DNA of 64,000 nt from Methanobacteriota archaeon (GTDB lineage Archaea; Halobacteriota; Bog-38; Methanoflorentales; Methanoflorentaceae). Positions 48,864-61,099 of this stretch are shown one piece after another. The position numbers were made by a program, and so were the translations under genes. Below the pieces are notes generated by a model that had not been told where the DNA came from, made no database searches, and was given only the letters and a program-made list of their open reading frames with translations. The DNA lies in NCBI GenBank assembly GCA_963719035.1, contig CAVRAO010000002.1, forward strand, positions 448,001 to 512,000, written 5' to 3'. Each line of letters opens with the position of its first letter. The first letter of the stretch is position 1.

Positions 48864-49943
48864 ATGACGAAGGCGATCCTAGGGTTTGAAAATGGCGTCG
48901 GGATAGTAGGAAAACATTTTGGCGCCAAGCATGCCATAACGGGCGAGCTTGTTTTTGCTACCCCCTATACCGGATACGTCGAAGCGTTAACCGACCCTTC
49001 TTACAACGGTCAAATCTTGCTTTTTACCTACCCGCTGGTCGGCAACTACGGCGTAAGTTACGATGACTGCCAATCAGACCGTATCCAAGCTGAAGGATTT
49101 GTCATCAGAGAGCTATGTGAGCACCCCACCAACGATAAAACGCTTGACGGGTTTCTCAAGGTCCATAATATTCCGGGGATATGGGATATCGATACCCGAA
49201 TGATCACTATTATGATTCGTGACGAAGGTGCGATGCGGGCAAGCCTATTGCCATCTACCAGAGGCAGCGACGCCGATGTAAAAAGGGCGATTGACCTTGC
49301 GCGCAATGCACCCTATATATCTCATCTTGACCTCCTGTCAGAGGTTACCTGCAAAGAGGCTTACCACATTCCGGGCAAAGGGAAACGTTTCGTGCTCATG
49401 GACTTTGGTGTCAAGCGAAACACACTAAACAATCTTAAGCGTCGAGACGTTGACCTCATCGTCGTGCCTGCTGATACGCGAGCACAACAAGTGGCAGACT
49501 ACAAACCTGATGCTATACTGCTCTCCAACGGTCCCGGCGATCCTACGCAAGCTAAAAATGGGATTAACGTAGTGCGTGAACTCGCCGGACAGCTACCAAT
49601 TTTCGGAATATGTCTTGGACATCAACTTATAGCTCTCGCACTTGGTGGAGAGACTTTTAAGCTTAAATTTGGACATAGGGGCGCAAATCAACCCGTTTTG
49701 GACCTCCAAACGCAGCGTGTATACATTACCGCACAAAACCACGGATACGCCGTCAAATACGAAGAGGGGGGAGAAATGACAGTAACGCAAGTGAACGCTA
49801 ACGACAACACTGTTGAAGGTATTCGTAACGAATACCTGCAGATCATGAGCGTGCAATATCATCCAGAAGCTTCTCCCGGCCCACATGACCTTGAAAAAAC
49901 ATTTTTCGACCACATCACAGGAGCCGCTCGCGATTCGTTGTAA
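48864..49943 (+). CDS. carA: carbamoyl-phosphate synthase small subunit
   Basis: LTDPSY, SNGPGDP, GICLGHQ, QYHPEASPGP. Confidence 0.96.
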   Translation: MTKAILGFENGVGIVGKHFGAKHAITGELVFATPYTGYVEALTDPSYNGQILLFTYPLVGNYGVSYDDCQSDRIQAEGFVIRELCEHPTNDKTLDGFLKVHNIPGIWDIDTRMITIMIRDEGAMRASLLPSTRGSDADVKRAIDLARNAPYISHLDLLSEVTCKEAYHIPGKGKRFVLMDFGVKRNTLNNLKRRDVDLIVVPADTRAQQVADYKPDAILLSNGPGDPTQAKNGINVVRELAGQLPIFGICLGHQLIALALGGETFKLKFGHRGANQPVLDLQTQRVYITAQNHGYAVKYEEGGEMTVTQVNANDNTVEGIRNEYLQIMSVQYHPEASPGPHDLEKTFFDHITGAARDSL

Positions 49944-49975
49944 CGGCGCCTACTCATATTGAGCACTCACAAATC

Positions 49976-52900
49976 ATGCCCAAAAGAGCAGACATAGAAA
50001 AGGTGTTGCTCATTGGTTCTGGTCCAATCGTAATCGGGCAAGCAGCAGAGTTCGATTTCAGCGGGAGCCAGGCGTGTACTTCCCTTCGTGAAGAAGGCGT
50101 AAAGGTTGCATTGGTCAACTCAAATCCAGCGACGATTATGACAGATCCGAACATGGCAGATGCAGTGTACATCGAACCACTTAAACCTGACATTGTTGCT
50201 GCTATCGTTAAAAAAGAGCAGCCTGACGGGATCATCGCAGGTCTTGGAGGCCAAACGGGCCTCAATATTACAGCCGAGTTGGCAGAGATGGGTGTTTTAG
50301 CTGAAAACGGCGTTGAACCCCTTGGAACGCCACTCGAAACCATCTATATGGCTGAGGATAGGGAAAAGTTCCGAAAAACGATGGAAGACATCGGAGAAGG
50401 GGTTCCAAGAAGCTACGCGGTATACGATTCGAACGACTACCAATGGTTGGCTAGCGAACTGGGGTTGCCGGTAATAGTCCGGTCAGCGTACACGCTCGGA
50501 GGTGGGGGAAGCGGCATAGCCAGAACTGAAGCTCAATTGAAGGCCATAATCGAGGGGGGGATAAAAAAATCACGCATCGGTCAAGTTCTCGTCGAAGAAA
50601 GCGTCCTCGGATGGAAAGAATTTGAGTATGAGGTGATGCGTGATTCAGGAGACACCTGTATTACGATTTGTAATATGGAAAACATCGATCCTATGGGCGT
50701 ACATACGGGCGAGTCGATCGTCGTGACGCCTTCTCAAACCCTGTCTGACGTTGAGCATCAGATGTTGCGAAGCGCTTCAATACGTATCATTAGAGCGCTC
50801 AAAATAGAAGGTGGTTGCAATATACAGTTCGCTTTCAAAGATGGGGAATACCGCGTTATAGAAGTGAATCCACGAGTCTCTCGTTCATCTGCGCTTGCGT
50901 CAAAAGCGACAGGGTACCCGATCGCGCGCGTTTCAGCAAAGATTGCTATCGGGATGCATTTAATCGAAATCCCGAACCGGGTTACCAACGAAACGCCTGC
51001 CGCGTTTGAGCCGACTATCGATTACACGGTCATCAAGATACCACGATGGCCTTTTGACAAGTTTACCAGCGCGGATAATACCTTGGGAACAGCGATGAAG
51101 AGCACCGGCGAAGTGATGGCAATTGGTCGAACGCTCGAAGAGTCGCTCCAGAAAGCTATCCGGTCGCTCGATTTGGACATAGCGGTTTCCTTTTCTAAAG
51201 ATCCCATTGACTTAGTATCCATCCCGACGGACAAGCGCCTATTTCAAATCTATAGCGCGCTCAAGAATGGACACACTATCGCGGAAATAGCACGACGCAC
51301 AAGTATTGATCCCTTTTTTATAAGAAAGATCCTGAATATCGTCGATTTCGAGACGCACCTCAAAGCAAATTACAGAAACGGTAAGACCAAGAAGATGAGC
51401 GCTGACGATTTGCGACGCGGAAAGCGTCTCGGATTTACTGATGAGCAAATTGCCGAACTGACCGGCTTTACCCGTGAGAATATCACTGATCTTAAACACC
51501 AGAAGACGAACGACGTAACGGTAACGTACAAAATGGTTGACACATGTGCGGCTGAATTTAAAGCGCAGACTCCGTACTACTACTCGACTTACGAACAGCA
51601 GAACGAGATCGTCCCTACAGATAAAACGAAGGTGCTTATCGTCGGGGCTGGCCCCATCAGGATAGGACAAGGAATTGAATTTGATTATTGCACCGTTCAC
51701 GCGGTACTCTCGCTACGAGAAGAAGGCATAGAAGCGCACATCATAAACAACAATCCTGAGACGGTTTCGACGGACTATGACACGTCAGACAAGCTCTTCT
51801 TTGAACCACTGACGCTGGAAGACGTAATGAATGTCATTGAACAAGAGAAACCGCAAGGCGTTCTCGTGCAATTCGGTGGCCAAACTTCCGTAAACCTCGC
51901 AATCCCTCTTGAAAGAGAAATAAAACGCAGAGGCCTTTCGACCAGAATCTTGGGCACGTCCCCTGATTCTATCGACATCGCAGAGGACCGAGATCGGTTT
52001 TCACGGCTGTTAAAGCAGCTTGCTATACCACAACCAGAAAGCGGTTCTGCGACGTCACGCGAAGATGCAATCCGAATAGCACGAGAGATCGGTTTTCCGC
52101 TACTGGTCCGGCCTTCATACGTCCTCGGCGGTCGTGCTATGGAGATCGTTTACGATGAGTCCGAGTTAGACCGTTATATTGAGGAAGCAGTGAAGGTATC
52201 AAGACAACACCCCGTGTTGATTGATAGATTCTTACAACACGCTGTCGAGGTTGATATCGACGCAGTTAGCGACGGAGATCAAGTTCTTGTACCGGCTATA
52301 ATGGAGCATATCGAAGAGGCAGGGATTCATTCTGGTGACTCCGCTGTCGTCATTCCTGCTCAATCAATTGATGATAAGACTCAAGAAATCATCAAGGATT
52401 ACGTCACGAAGATCGCAAAGGCGTTGAACGTCGTAGGGCTCATCAACCTTCAAATGGCAATAAAAGATGGTACGGTCTATGTTCTTGAGGCCAATCCACG
52501 CTCGAGCAGGACAATCCCATACGTATCAAAAGCTACGGGCCTGCCGCTTGCAAAGATCGCTGCCAAAGTGATCGTGGGACACAGCTTACGTGACCTTTGT
52601 CCTACCGAGCCAAAGATGAAGCACGTCGCTGTTAAAGAGGTTGTGCTCCCATTTGAAAAGCTGCCCGGTGTCGATCCAATATTAGGTCCTGAAATGAAGA
52701 GCACGGGAGAAGTCATGGGCATAGACTACGACTTTGGGAGGGCATTCTACAAGGCAGCCCTTGCAAGTGATAACGAGCTACCGCTTTCAGGCACGGTCTT
52801 TGTTTCAGTTAGGGATGAAGATAAACCAGATCTCTGTAGCATTGCAAAATCGTTGTACAAAGCCGGATTAAAATTATTAGCAACTCAAGGAACGGCGAAC

Positions 52901-53218
52901 TATCTGAAGGAACATGACGTTAAGGTTGAAAGAGTGCCCAAACTCACCGACAGCCCTGAACTTCTGGAAATGATGCGCAGCAACGGGATACAATTGATAA
53001 TCAACACCCCGACGTGGAAACAATCACGACTTGACGGAGAAGTACTACGACGTGCAGCTGTTGATTATAGTGTGCCGTACATTACAAGCGTACAAGGAGC
53101 TCGGGCATCAGCCGACGCTATTCACACCATGCTTGAACACTACGACAAACCCAGAGCTCAGAATCTCACAATAAGACCAATAAACGACTATATCAGCGAT
53201 TTATGGCCTCAGACGTAA
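49976..53218 (+). CDS. carB: carbamoyl-phosphate synthase large subunit
   Basis: GSGPIVIGQAAEFDFSG, duplicated ATP-grasp, MGS domain. Confidence 0.97.
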   Translation: MPKRADIEKVLLIGSGPIVIGQAAEFDFSGSQACTSLREEGVKVALVNSNPATIMTDPNMADAVYIEPLKPDIVAAIVKKEQPDGIIAGLGGQTGLNITAELAEMGVLAENGVEPLGTPLETIYMAEDREKFRKTMEDIGEGVPRSYAVYDSNDYQWLASELGLPVIVRSAYTLGGGGSGIARTEAQLKAIIEGGIKKSRIGQVLVEESVLGWKEFEYEVMRDSGDTCITICNMENIDPMGVHTGESIVVTPSQTLSDVEHQMLRSASIRIIRALKIEGGCNIQFAFKDGEYRVIEVNPRVSRSSALASKATGYPIARVSAKIAIGMHLIEIPNRVTNETPAAFEPTIDYTVIKIPRWPFDKFTSADNTLGTAMKSTGEVMAIGRTLEESLQKAIRSLDLDIAVSFSKDPIDLVSIPTDKRLFQIYSALKNGHTIAEIARRTSIDPFFIRKILNIVDFETHLKANYRNGKTKKMSADDLRRGKRLGFTDEQIAELTGFTRENITDLKHQKTNDVTVTYKMVDTCAAEFKAQTPYYYSTYEQQNEIVPTDKTKVLIVGAGPIRIGQGIEFDYCTVHAVLSLREEGIEAHIINNNPETVSTDYDTSDKLFFEPLTLEDVMNVIEQEKPQGVLVQFGGQTSVNLAIPLEREIKRRGLSTRILGTSPDSIDIAEDRDRFSRLLKQLAIPQPESGSATSREDAIRIAREIGFPLLVRPSYVLGGRAMEIVYDESELDRYIEEAVKVSRQHPVLIDRFLQHAVEVDIDAVSDGDQVLVPAIMEHIEEAGIHSGDSAVVIPAQSIDDKTQEIIKDYVTKIAKALNVVGLINLQMAIKDGTVYVLEANPRSSRTIPYVSKATGLPLAKIAAKVIVGHSLRDLCPTEPKMKHVAVKEVVLPFEKLPGVDPILGPEMKSTGEVMGIDYDFGRAFYKAALASDNELPLSGTVFVSVRDEDKPDLCSIAKSLYKAGLKLLATQGTANYLKEHDVKVERVPKLTDSPELLEMMRSNGIQLIINTPTWKQSRLDGEVLRRAAVDYSVPYITSVQGARASADAIHTMLEHYDKPRAQNLTIRPINDYISDLWPQT

Positions 53219-53470
53219 TTACAGTCTAGCGATCCAGCTGCTTTATTCGCTGCAAAGCACGGCACGACTTTTAAGAAAGTTGCTCACCTCGAGCTTGTGA
53301 GCTTTAACACGTTCAGCAATATCTAGGTACGCTAAGGCGAGATCGTCGTAGACTGTACTAACTATTTTTAGCGCGACTGTACCAAGGATTATCGTAAATG
53401 AGGCAAATTAACGGGATATAGCGCTAACGAAAACGCTTTAAGCTCGCGCGTTTTATTGTGAAGCGATATT

Positions 53471-53950
53471 ATGCTGCGAAGGTTTGAAGCTGTACGAACC
53501 AATACCTCACTCCAAAACCTTTGGACGCGAAGGGCAATCGCATTCATCATCGATTCGCTGATTCTCCTGGTCGTGTTAGCCGTGTTAAGCGTAGTGCTGG
53601 CAATTATTTTGGCGCCTGTGTTAGTCTTCAGCTGGGACGCTTATAGCGGGTTCTTCTCAGGATTTTCCGCCATATTTGGCCTAATTATCGTCTGGGGGTA
53701 CTATGTCGCGCTGGAAGGGTCTGCAGGGGCGACGATCGGCAAGCGATTTATGGAGTTAAAAGTAAGGTCGCTCACAGGCAACATGAACTATACTAAGGCC
53801 TTCGTGAGGAGCTTCACTAAAGCGTGGCTGCCATTGTTCACGGCTCTTTTCGCGCTGGATCTCATCATCGGATTCCTTACTGAAGGAGACCCAAAACAGC
53901 GGTTCTCAGACGTATTCGCTGACACTGCTGTCGTTCACACGCGCGCTTAA
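53471..53950 (+). CDS. RDD family membrane protein
   Basis: [22 protein letters not shown]. Confidence 0.85.
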   Translation: MLRRFEAVRTNTSLQNLWTRRAIAFIIDSLILLVVLAVLSVVLAIILAPVLVFSWDAYSGFFSGFSAIFGLIIVWGYYVALEGSAGATIGKRFMELKVRSLTGNMNYTKAFVRSFTKAWLPLFTALFALDLIIGFLTEGDPKQRFSDVFADTAVVHTRA

Positions 53951-53999
53951 ATCAGCTCCAAAACGTGCAAATTGTGGACGCCGTAACGAGGTAATTGCC

Positions 54000-55175
54000 A
54001 TGAGTAAAGTTGTGCTTTCATTCTCTGGAGGCTTGGACACCTCAGTATGCGTTCCCCTCTTGAGAGAGCGGTATCAATATGAGACTGTCATAACCGTGAC
54101 CGTTGATGTCGGTCAACCACAGAGAGACTTAAAAAAAGCAGAAAGCCGCGCCGCCACACTGAGCGACAAGCACTACACAGTCGATGCTAAAAACGAGTTC
54201 GTCGAACAGTACCTGTTTCCGTTGATTAAGGCAAACGGCAACTACGAAGGATATACGCTCGGACAAGCCATTGCACGACCGCTCATCGCAAAGAAAGTGC
54301 TTGAGCTGGCAGATCGAGAGCGTGCCTCAGCTGTTGCACACGGTTGTACCGGAAAAGGGAATGACCAGCTGCGATTTGAAGCGATATTTCGCGCGTCAAA
54401 ATATAAGATTCACGCACCGATGCGAGAACTGAATCTTACACGCTCAGAGGAAATTGAATACGCGCTAGAGCACGGAATCGACGTACAGACTACTTTTGAA
54501 AAACCGTACAGCGTGGACGAAAATCTATGGTCGCGCTCCATTGAAGGAGGTCGCCTTGAGGACCCCTCCTGTGCCCCTCCGGACGATGTCTTCAAGTGGA
54601 CGACCGCTCCAACAAAAGCAAAGGCTCAGCTCCAGCTGAGCCTCGAATTCGAACAAGGTGTCCCCATATCATTAAATGGCACCAAACTAAGCGGCTTGGA
54701 GCTCATTAGAGAGCTTAACGAAGTAGCAGGTAAGCATGGAGTCGGACGGACCGACCTTATGGAAGATAGGATTTTAGGCCTAAAAGCCCGAGAGATCTAC
54801 GAACACCCTGCAGCGACGGTTATTCTGACAGCTCACAAAGACCTAGAATCGCTTGTGCTGACACGAAAAGAGCGAAGGTTCAAGGACCTCGTCGATTCAG
54901 CGTGGTCAGAGCTTGCCTACGAAGGCCTGCTTGATGAGCCGCTCTACACTGCCCTTGAAGCATTCATAGATAAGACGCAAGAGAGGGTGACAGGTTCAGT
55001 CACAATGTCGTTATACAAAGGACTGGCAAGCGTCCGCGCTCGCAGTTCGCCCAATGCGTTGTATTCCGAAAAGCTCGTCTCATTCAACGATAAGACGCTC
55101 GACCAACGCGACGCCGAAGGATTTTCCAAATATCACGGTTTTCAAAGCCGTGCATACCAGAAGTTCGTCAAATAA
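54000..55175 (+). CDS. argG: argininosuccinate synthase
   Basis: [28 protein letters not shown]. Confidence 0.97.
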   Translation: MSKVVLSFSGGLDTSVCVPLLRERYQYETVITVTVDVGQPQRDLKKAESRAATLSDKHYTVDAKNEFVEQYLFPLIKANGNYEGYTLGQAIARPLIAKKVLELADRERASAVAHGCTGKGNDQLRFEAIFRASKYKIHAPMRELNLTRSEEIEYALEHGIDVQTTFEKPYSVDENLWSRSIEGGRLEDPSCAPPDDVFKWTTAPTKAKAQLQLSLEFEQGVPISLNGTKLSGLELIRELNEVAGKHGVGRTDLMEDRILGLKAREIYEHPAATVILTAHKDLESLVLTRKERRFKDLVDSAWSELAYEGLLDEPLYTALEAFIDKTQERVTGSVTMSLYKGLASVRARSSPNALYSEKLVSFNDKTLDQRDAEGFSKYHGFQSRAYQKFVK

Positions 55176-55281
55176 TGACATAAAAAAAACCAATGAGAAT
55201 GAAACTCGAAGACGAACACGCTTAGCGATAAGATCTAAACTCTAACAAAACGCGCTGAGCCCATCTTAAGTTTATTAGCTT

Positions 55282-55914
55282 CTATTGAATCCGCCTAGTC
55301 GACGGCCTTGGTGTCGTGCTAGGCGTTGGAGTGGGCGTTGGGCTCGGGCTCACCGTTGGGCTCGGTGAAGGGCTTGGCGAAGGGCTTGGCGAAGGGCTTG
55401 GAGATGGGCTAGGTGATGGTGACGGCTTTGGGGTTGGTGTTGGTGTTGGTTTTGGAACGATTAGCAGGACACCTGCGCCTCTTGACCCAGCATAATCAGC
55501 GTTGCCCTTATACTCTACAACAATGCGATGCTCCCCTATGGACAACGCTGAAACGTCGCTGACCGAAAGGTTGTGCATAGTAAAACCGAAGTATGTGGAG
55601 CTTTGCCCAAGAGGCTTACCGTCAAGGTACCAATAAACTACTTGATCGTTTAGACCCAGTCCGTTTGCCGTGTTCAAAACGCAGGAAAGAGACGTGTTGT
55701 AACCGATCATCACTCCAACCGAGTTTACCACGAGCAAGGAGCGAGCGAGAGGCGACGCCGCCTCATCATTGGTTTGCCCGCCGCCCAAACACCCACCACA
55801 AGATGCCAAGACAATCAACATAATTATGATTGCAACAGTAGGTGTGTTTTGTTGCATGGATTGCGGCTCACCCTGTCGTGACGCCTTTTGTCTGCTGTCT
55901 GGGCGAAAAATCAA
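55282..55914 (-). CDS. putative surface lipoprotein with Ig-like domain and Pro/Ser/Thr tail
   Basis: LASCGGC lipobox, [10 protein letters not shown], (PS)n tail. Confidence 0.65.
   Translation of the reverse strand: MIFRPDSRQKASRQGEPQSMQQNTPTVAIIIMLIVLASCGGCLGGGQTNDEAASPLARSLLVVNSVGVMIGYNTSLSCVLNTANGLGLNDQVVYWYLDGKPLGQSSTYFGFTMHNLSVSDVSALSIGEHRIVVEYKGNADYAGSRGAGVLLIVPKPTPTPTPKPSPSPSPSPSPSPSPSPSPSPSPTVSPSPTPTPTPSTTPRPSTRRIQ
55320..55455. repeat. coding low-complexity PT/PS repeat
   Basis: GAAGGGCTTGG(C) units. Confidence 0.8.
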
Positions 55915-56238
55915 TCAAAAAGCAATTCTTCACTATTTATAAATTGTGTATGCTACAGTCGCATTTCGCGCTTTTCGCAACTAGATGCACATAAGGCTTC
56001 AAGAGTCCGCGAGCGTATAAATGTTCTCTGCGTTTTGATTAAGGCGCCCACCACAAATCGAAAGCAATGCATGCTAGCCACATACAAAGGATCTTCATGC
56101 TGCCGAGCGAACCTAGTCTGTCGCAATCACTGAATCAAGAGATACTGTTGACCCGCTATTCTGATGTTGAGGTGAAAAAAAGAAGGAAAGGAAGAGATGA
56201 CTGCAGAGCGCAGTCACCAACGGTTGATGACACACGTG

Positions 56239-57858
56239 TTAGTACATCCCCGGCCCTTCGCCTCCGAGTTCTGGCCCCTCACTGCCAGCGGCGATTATGT
56301 CGTCAATTCTCAAGATCATATTCGCAGCTTCCGTCGCAGATTCGACCGCATTTAGTTTCACCCGGAGCGGGTCAACAACGTTAAGGGCCAGCATGTCTTT
56401 AATCTCACCGTCGACTGAGATACCGGCGTTTCGGTTGCCCGATTCGTGAGCGCTGCGAAGCTCGACAAGTTTGTCGAGTGGATCTCCTCCCGCATTTTCA
56501 ATAAGCGTCTTTGGGATGATCTCCATGGCATTCGCAAAAGCGCGAACGGATAGTTGCTCACGTCCCCCAAAAGTTGTCGCGTAGTCACGAAGCGCCATTG
56601 CAAGCTCGACCTCAGGAGCGCCCCCTCCAGCCAGTACTTGGTTATTCTCAAGTGTCAGTGAGACAACTTTCAACGCGTCATTAACTGCTCTGTCCATCTC
56701 ATCGACAACGTGTTCGATGCTACCGCGGAGCAGAATGGACACGGCTTTGGGGTTTTTGCTGTTTTCAACGAAAATCATCTCGTTGTCACCGACTTTTCGC
56801 TCTTGGACCAAACCTGCATAGCCGAGTTGCGATATATCCTCCAAAGTATCGGTGATCTTACCCCCAGTCGCCTTTTCGAGACGTTTCATGTCGCTCTTTT
56901 TAATGCGTCGTCCTGCTAAGATACCCGCTTTAGCAAGAAAATGCTGGACGAGATCGTCGATCCCTTTTTGGCAAAAAACAACGTTTGCGCCGCTCGCAAT
57001 TACCTTGTCAGCAATCGCTTCCAATCTGCGCTCTTCTTCATCCCAAAATGACTGCATTTGCCCAGGGTCGTTAATCTCGATCTTCGCATCGATCTCCGTC
57101 TTTTCAATCTCCAAACCGACGTTAAGGAGTGCTATCTTGGCATTTTTCACCGTCGTTGGCATTAGCGGGTGGACTTTCTCCTTATCAATTATTAGGCCGT
57201 GGACGAGTTTTGAGTCGTCGATAGATGCTCCGTAGCGACGAACCACGCTGATATCATCCGGATCAACGGTTTTCTTTCCGTCCACGTCTTCAGCGACAAG
57301 CTGCACTGCTTCAACAACAATGTCAGCAATCTTACCGAGCATCATCTCAGCACCCTTTCCGGTGATAGCCGTCATCGCAACATGCTTCAGCGTGGTATCA
57401 TCGCCCGTAAACGCCATTTCATTAAGTAAGTCGGCAGCCTTGCGCGATGCTAAGGTGAAACCGGCAGCGATCACTGTGGGATGCACGTCTTCACTCAGAA
57501 GCTCCTGTGATTCCTTTAAAAGTTCTCCAACAAGCACCGCAGCAGTAGTCGTGCCATCGCCGACTTCATCGTCCTGCGTCTTAGCAACCTCAACCACCAT
57601 TTTTGCCGCTGGGTGGTCGATATCCATCTCTTTCAAGATGGTTGCTCCGTCGTTGGTAATGACGACGTCTCCGATGCTGTCAACGAGCATTTTGTCCATT
57701 CCTTTGGGACCAAGCGTTGTTCGTACTGCATTCGCTACCGCGCGCGCAGCTTCGATATTCGTGCTTTGGGCTTCCTCCCCGCGCGTTCGGGTGGCACCCT
57801 CCTTGAGTATCAAAATCGGCTGTCCGCCTGCATTAACTAGCTGTCCACGTCCTGCCAT
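56239..57858 (-). CDS. thermosome (group II chaperonin) subunit
   Basis: [24 protein letters not shown]. Confidence 0.96.
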   Translation of the reverse strand: MAGRGQLVNAGGQPILILKEGATRTRGEEAQSTNIEAARAVANAVRTTLGPKGMDKMLVDSIGDVVITNDGATILKEMDIDHPAAKMVVEVAKTQDDEVGDGTTTAAVLVGELLKESQELLSEDVHPTVIAAGFTLASRKAADLLNEMAFTGDDTTLKHVAMTAITGKGAEMMLGKIADIVVEAVQLVAEDVDGKKTVDPDDISVVRRYGASIDDSKLVHGLIIDKEKVHPLMPTTVKNAKIALLNVGLEIEKTEIDAKIEINDPGQMQSFWDEEERRLEAIADKVIASGANVVFCQKGIDDLVQHFLAKAGILAGRRIKKSDMKRLEKATGGKITDTLEDISQLGYAGLVQERKVGDNEMIFVENSKNPKAVSILLRGSIEHVVDEMDRAVNDALKVVSLTLENNQVLAGGGAPEVELAMALRDYATTFGGREQLSVRAFANAMEIIPKTLIENAGGDPLDKLVELRSAHESGNRNAGISVDGEIKDMLALNVVDPLRVKLNAVESATEAANMILRIDDIIAAGSEGPELGGEGPGMY

Positions 57859-58041
57859 AATCTTCCTCCTATTAACGTAAAATGACGTGTTTACATTGCG
57901 TGCAGTTCTATATAAAATTGATGTAACCCGATAAGAATGTGCTCAAGTGCCAGCCTAACACCAGCCCTTGAAAGTATCCCTCGTTGCTTCACAAACAGGG
58001 GGAGACAAAAGGTGTATCGGTCAATAACATTCAGCGTGAGA

Positions 58042-58359
58042 TCACTCATCATCAATTCGTGTCAACTCGCTTACGGTGGCCTCGGGATGCTCATGGAGAA
58101 ACGAGGCTATCCTCTTCTTATGGATCAGTTCACAGTCAATGCATGTCCAGACAACGTCACCTCGAGAACTTACGATCCACTTTCCGAGTCGGGAGTCCTC
58201 ACATGGGTACTTCGGACAGTAACAAAAGACGCATACCTGTCCTTTGAAATGACACGGATAGTGGGGGCACTTTTCTCCTTTTGGTAACCCCTCGGGTTCG
58301 CTTAAGCGCTCGCGTCTCTTGAGCTCTTCTGGAAATTCTTCTTTTTGGTTATGTTCCAT
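58042..58359 (-). CDS. cysteine-rich small domain protein
   Basis: CPHYPCH...CVFCYCPKYPC...CIDCELIH. Confidence 0.8.
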   Translation of the reverse strand: MEHNQKEEFPEELKRRERLSEPEGLPKGEKCPHYPCHFKGQVCVFCYCPKYPCEDSRLGKWIVSSRGDVVWTCIDCELIHKKRIASFLHEHPEATVSELTRIDDE

Positions 58360-58514
58360 ATTTGTTCAGCTACCGTACGCAAGGAGCAAAACGCTGGAAT
58401 CTGAGCAATTTAGGTCGGCTTGATTTAGGCACCAACTTTGTTTTCAGAGCTGTGATAACTTTAGAGTACACCGTTAGTGGTTTAAACTATTGATTTATAT
58501 TATGACATTTATCA

Positions 58515-58910
58515 GTGTTTAGAGGTTTAAAAATGCCTATTGGAGACATAGAACTTAAAGAACTTAGAAAGGACATGGGCTTCTCGCCGGCACTTCTGAA
58601 GCTCATTTATGAGTCGCATCCGAAAATGTTTGACGTCATTTACAACATGGATAAAGCGCTATTAAGCGACGGAGCGCTTCCAGCCAAAACAAAGAGGCTA
58701 ATCGCACTCGCAGTCGTTTCTGCAATGGGTTGTGAAGCGTGCGCAACTGCGCAGATGAAAGCTGCTATGAACATGGGCGCTTCGCGCGAGGAGGTATTAG
58801 ACACGCTGGGCGTCCTTGTGGTAACGGCAGGCATGCCAGCTGTCGCGGCAGCTCGTGAAGCACTCTATAAGTGTTGCGAACTTCCGGAAGAAGATTGGGG
58901 CGGCGAGTAG
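58515..58910 (+). CDS. carboxymuconolactone decarboxylase/AhpD family protein
   Basis: GALPAKTKRLIALA, CEAC, GASREE. Confidence 0.85.
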   Translation: MFRGLKMPIGDIELKELRKDMGFSPALLKLIYESHPKMFDVIYNMDKALLSDGALPAKTKRLIALAVVSAMGCEACATAQMKAAMNMGASREEVLDTLGVLVVTAGMPAVAAAREALYKCCELPEEDWGGE

Positions 58911-59129
58911 ACAGGCTGCGCTCGCATCTTACGCGTAAACACATGTTGCTTGATGTGCCTCTCTCCGAGCGTACATCAAGCAAATATTTAATGAGGTGCC
59001 CCTCGGGTGGGTAGTCTCTACAAACACATTTCCCCTCCTTTTTTATCCAATATGGTTGCGTGGTTTAGCGGAGCTTTTTGCTCAGATAAGTTGATCACCC
59101 CGCACATCCAATTATGAATGGTGTAGTCG

Positions 59130-59903
59130 ATGTTTGCCCAAATAGAAGTTGGTAGCCTCAGTTTAGTCTTCGTAATCATCGTTGTTGCGGTCGCTCTCTA
59201 TCTGCTCGCCGGGCTTCGTGTGATCTACCAATATGAACGAGGCGTTAAATTCACCTTCGGGTCATTTAAGAAAGTCTATCCCCCAGGATTACGATACGCA
59301 TTCCCAGCGTTTCAATCGATCAGGAAAGTAGACTTACGCGTAAACACGTTAGACATTCCACGGCAAGAGGTCATCACAAAAGACAACGTTTCGTGCAAGA
59401 TCAATGCGGTAATCTTCTATAAGGTCGTTGAGGCAGACAAAGCCGTCATCGAAATAAGCAATTATGATTATGCGATAAACCAGCTCGCTCAGTCGAGTCT
59501 ACGAGACGTCGTCGGTACCGTCGAACTCGACACGGTCCTCGCCCGACGTGATGAGCTAGGCGAGAGAATACGCAAGTTTGTTGATGAGTTCACAATGCCG
59601 TGGGGGATTCACGTCCTTTCAGTCGAACTTAAGGACGTTGAGCTTAAAGAAGAGATGAAGCGATCTATGGCCGCGCAAGCAGAAGCAGAACGAGATAGGC
59701 GCGCGCGCATCACACTTGCTGAAGGTGAAGCGATGGCAGCAGATAGGCTGCTGGAAGCGGCCAAAACCATCGAAAAGTCGCCGACGGCTTTGCAGCTTCG
59801 GCTTTATCAGGCGATGGTTAGAATCGGCGAAGAAAACAATTCAGTCATCGTACTTCCCATCCCTATAGAAATCCTCAGCGTTTTTCAGAAGCAGAAAGAG
59901 TGA
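59130..59903 (+). CDS. SPFH/stomatin (band 7) protein
   Basis: YQYERGV, QEVITKDNV, QAEAERDRRA. Confidence 0.92.
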   Translation: MFAQIEVGSLSLVFVIIVVAVALYLLAGLRVIYQYERGVKFTFGSFKKVYPPGLRYAFPAFQSIRKVDLRVNTLDIPRQEVITKDNVSCKINAVIFYKVVEADKAVIEISNYDYAINQLAQSSLRDVVGTVELDTVLARRDELGERIRKFVDEFTMPWGIHVLSVELKDVELKEEMKRSMAAQAEAERDRRARITLAEGEAMAADRLLEAAKTIEKSPTALQLRLYQAMVRIGEENNSVIVLPIPIEILSVFQKQKE

Positions 59904-60096
59904 TAGCCAATCAATGCGAGCGCTCTGAACAAGGGCTCGAACGAACGTCTTCTTAGTTTGAAAAAGACTGTCACGAGGCTGATTAGCGATTTTACTTATG
60001 TTTAGCTCAAAACAAGTTAAAAAAGAACTTCAGTAACACTTTTTTTTGAAAAAAACGAGCGTTAAGTTAGGCATTCAACAAATAGAAAACTATTAA

Positions 60097-60687
60097 TTGT
60101 GCTATCGGGGTTTAATTATTTTTATGAAATCGAAAGTCGCCATCCTCATTGCTTTGGCCATAATAGCGAGCGTCTTAGCCGCCGGCTGCTCGTCGAGCAC
60201 GCAGCCTTCTTCTAACCAGGGTGGGGCGGCGACGGGTCACGACAAAGTAGTTCAAGCTGTTATAGAGGACGATCAACAGGCGTACGTAAACGCAACCTGG
60301 ACTCGTTCTGTAAACAAATCGGTCCAGTGGCTAAACGATACCACAGCGATGGTGATTTTCAAAATCGGCCACTCCAACGCGACATTCCAATATACTGCTA
60401 AGTATCAAAAGTTTGCTTCTGTCTCGCAAGCGAGTGATTATATCAGCACAATCAACAAAGGGTACAACAGCACTAATGCAGTGATCTTACTGAGTAACCC
60501 AGCCCTTACTACAGCGAGCTCAATCAATACACATCAGAACTACCAGACGGTCACAAACAGTACACCTATATCAAATTCCTACATCCAACTGTTGCGCGAG
60601 CAACCGATAGAAGGGAACTATATAATACAGGTCAATGATGTCGTAATAACATTTCATGCGACGTATAGCACAGCTTCCACTCAATAG
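60097..60687 (+). CDS. putative lipoprotein (start probably ATG at 60124)
   Basis: LAAGC lipobox. Confidence 0.65.
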   Translation: MCYRGLIIFMKSKVAILIALAIIASVLAAGCSSSTQPSSNQGGAATGHDKVVQAVIEDDQQAYVNATWTRSVNKSVQWLNDTTAMVIFKIGHSNATFQYTAKYQKFASVSQASDYISTINKGYNSTNAVILLSNPALTTASSINTHQNYQTVTNSTPISNSYIQLLREQPIEGNYIIQVNDVVITFHATYSTASTQ

Positions 60688-60880
60688 GCCTTCTAAGGTC
60701 GTTTCACAAAAAACTGCTGATTCACCGAAGCAGAAGCAAAGCAATCGTCCTTCGAATTTCCGCTAAGTTACCGACAAACTTGACGCCACGCCCTCAAACG
60801 CCATTAAGGTTTGCCAGAAGCGCAAGCATCCTGGCTAATCTCAGCGAAAGAATCGACTTTCAGCTAAAAGGAGCGAGTAT

Positions 60881-61099
60881 ATGACTTCAGGTCGTACTAA
60901 AAGAACAGAACGCTACGTTACGGACTCTTATTCGCCTTTAAACATATTAGCGGTGAACCAAGATGATGATCGAGTTTTACTATCTGCTCAAGATTTTGAG
61001 AAGTTGCTCGCCTGCAGAGATGTCGTCTTATTTGCATTGAACAGCAAGAAGGATGTGCCGTACAGTCTTGTTGAAAAGGTGATGGCGAGCTTTCGCTAA
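60881..61099 (+). CDS. hypothetical protein
   Basis: 72-aa ORF with AGGAG upstream. Confidence 0.4.
   Translation: MTSGRTKRTERYVTDSYSPLNILAVNQDDDRVLLSAQDFEKLLACRDVVLFALNSKKDVPYSLVEKVMASFR

Noticed and set aside
55320-55455. Non-coding tandem repeat or contingency locus
   Set aside because: It encodes an ordinary Pro-Ser/Thr linker in frame
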